From positions 169,142-201,141 of the forward strand of contig DIRZ01000001.1 of NCBI GenBank assembly GCA_002421785.1: a stretch of 32,000 nt of DNA, given 5' to 3'. A program made the translations under genes and the position numbers. The notes below the pieces were generated by a model. The model did no database searches, was not told where the DNA came from, and saw only the letters and a program-made list of their open reading frames with translations. Position 1 is the stretch's first letter. Each line of letters begins with the position of its first letter. Of this stretch, positions 31,418 through 32,000 are shown piece after piece. The DNA comes from Candidatus Saccharimonadota bacterium. GTDB taxonomy: Bacteria > Patescibacteriota > Saccharimonadia > Saccharimonadales > Saccharimonadaceae.

Positions 31418-31527
31418 TTCGGCACCGTGCTAGTTTCCCACTTGTGGCAGTATAATCGCCGCTGATGAGCTTGACTTCTGTGTTCGGAATGGGAACAGGT
31501 ATTTCCTCATCGCCATGGGCACCGAAG
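31418..31527 (-). rRNA. rrf: 5S ribosomal RNA
   Basis: Minus strand reads TTCGGTGCCCATGGCGATGAGGAAATACCTGTTCCCATTCCGAACACAGAAGTCAAGCTCATCAGCGGCGA...GGTGCCGAA. It has the terminal helix I pairing and the conserved CCGAAC...AGAAGT box. The ends are good to within a few nt. Confidence 0.85.
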
Positions 31528-31714
31528 TAAGGTTTTTGCTGCACTTTTTCGCTCTTATTACTTCAAGAATGGGCGCAAAACCTTGCTTCGATGTCGATGG
31601 CTAGCTACGGGTAAGAAATTTGTAAAATTGACGTGGTGATAAACACCAATTACTAGTTAAGTCTACCAGATCTGCTGGACTATTACATGTAATAATCTTC
31701 ACAGACTTGGACAT

Positions 31715-32000
31715 AAAAAGGCAATGGGACTATTAGTATGCTTCGGCTCCATACATTACTGCACTTCCACCTTGCACCTATCAAACAGATAGTCTCTCTG
31801 TGTCCTCATAGGGAAATCTAATCTTGAGGTTAGTTTCGCGCTTAATATGCTTTCAGCGCTTATCTAGTCCGTACATAGCTACTCGACAATGCAGCAGGTG
31901 GCCACAATCGATACACCAGAGGTACGTCCGCCCCGGTCCTCTCGTACTAGGGGTAGATCCTCTCAAATTTCCTGACGTCCATACCGGATATAAACCGAAC
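31715..32000 (-). rRNA. rrl: 23S ribosomal RNA, 3'-terminal ~285 nt (partial; continues beyond the window)
   Basis: The reverse complement contains the sarcin-ricin loop AGTACGAGAGGACCGG (31933-31948), GCTGAAAGCAT, and the 3' ...ACTAATAG motif. The 3' end is estimated by analogy and is good to about 10 nt. Confidence 0.9.

Noticed and set aside
31162-31425. An 87-aa minus-strand ORF between the 5S rRNA and the KGG gene.
   Set aside because: Its only possible start lies inside the 5S rRNA gene, and it reads through the rRNA operon terminator. It has no SD and an implausible Tyr/Ile/Val-rich composition.
1-32000. CRISPR arrays, tRNA genes, insertion sequences, prophage or integrase genes, and known defence or toxin-antitoxin modules.
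   Set aside because: I saw no direct-repeat/spacer periodicity, no T-loop GGTTCGAATCC-type motifs in the intergenic regions, and no transposase, integrase or reverse-transcriptase-like ORFs. All ORFs longer than 150 aa are accounted for by the calls above. The scan was done by eye only, so short or degenerate elements could have been missed.

Overview
The window reads as a densely packed core-genome stretch of a small-genome, Gram-positive-type bacterium. Gene content (LCP and LPXTG envelope genes, short IF-2, 4-domain S1, DUF5663-like genes, many overlapping genes) fits Candidatus Saccharibacteria or a related CPR lineage, but I cannot verify taxonomy without a search. I call about 37 protein genes, about 30 of them on the minus strand. 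Identified functions are cell division and partitioning (ftsA, ftsZ, parA, parB), translation (ileS, infB, rpsA, rplU, rpsU, def, fmt, map), replication and repair (priA, recJ), envelope (LCP, lepB, VKOR, DoxX, PspC, an LPXTG protein) and nucleotide metabolism (adk, nrdR-like). The 3' end of an rRNA operon (23S 3' end plus 5S) lies at the right edge. I see no CRISPR array, tRNA, transposase, integrase, reverse transcriptase, or recognisable toxin-antitoxin or defence genes. I do not see an obvious novel system. The only clearly accessory block is an orphan three-gene operon at 22694-25864: a 758-aa repeat-bearing membrane protein plus two paralogous small proteins. Other points worth a second look: (1) a promoter with a conserved spacer shared by that operon, a KGG stress-protein gene and a small acidic-protein gene; (2) a T-box leader upstream of ileS with the Ile specifier in a terminal loop and a terminator-like helix that encloses rather than competes with the antiterminator; (3) a cysteine-free NrdR homologue next to a cysteine-pair-less redoxin-fold protein, VKOR and DoxX; (4) a strong-SD 11-codon uORF in the rpsA leader; (5) several apparently leaderless genes. 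All product names come from motif recognition by eye, and no database search was possible.
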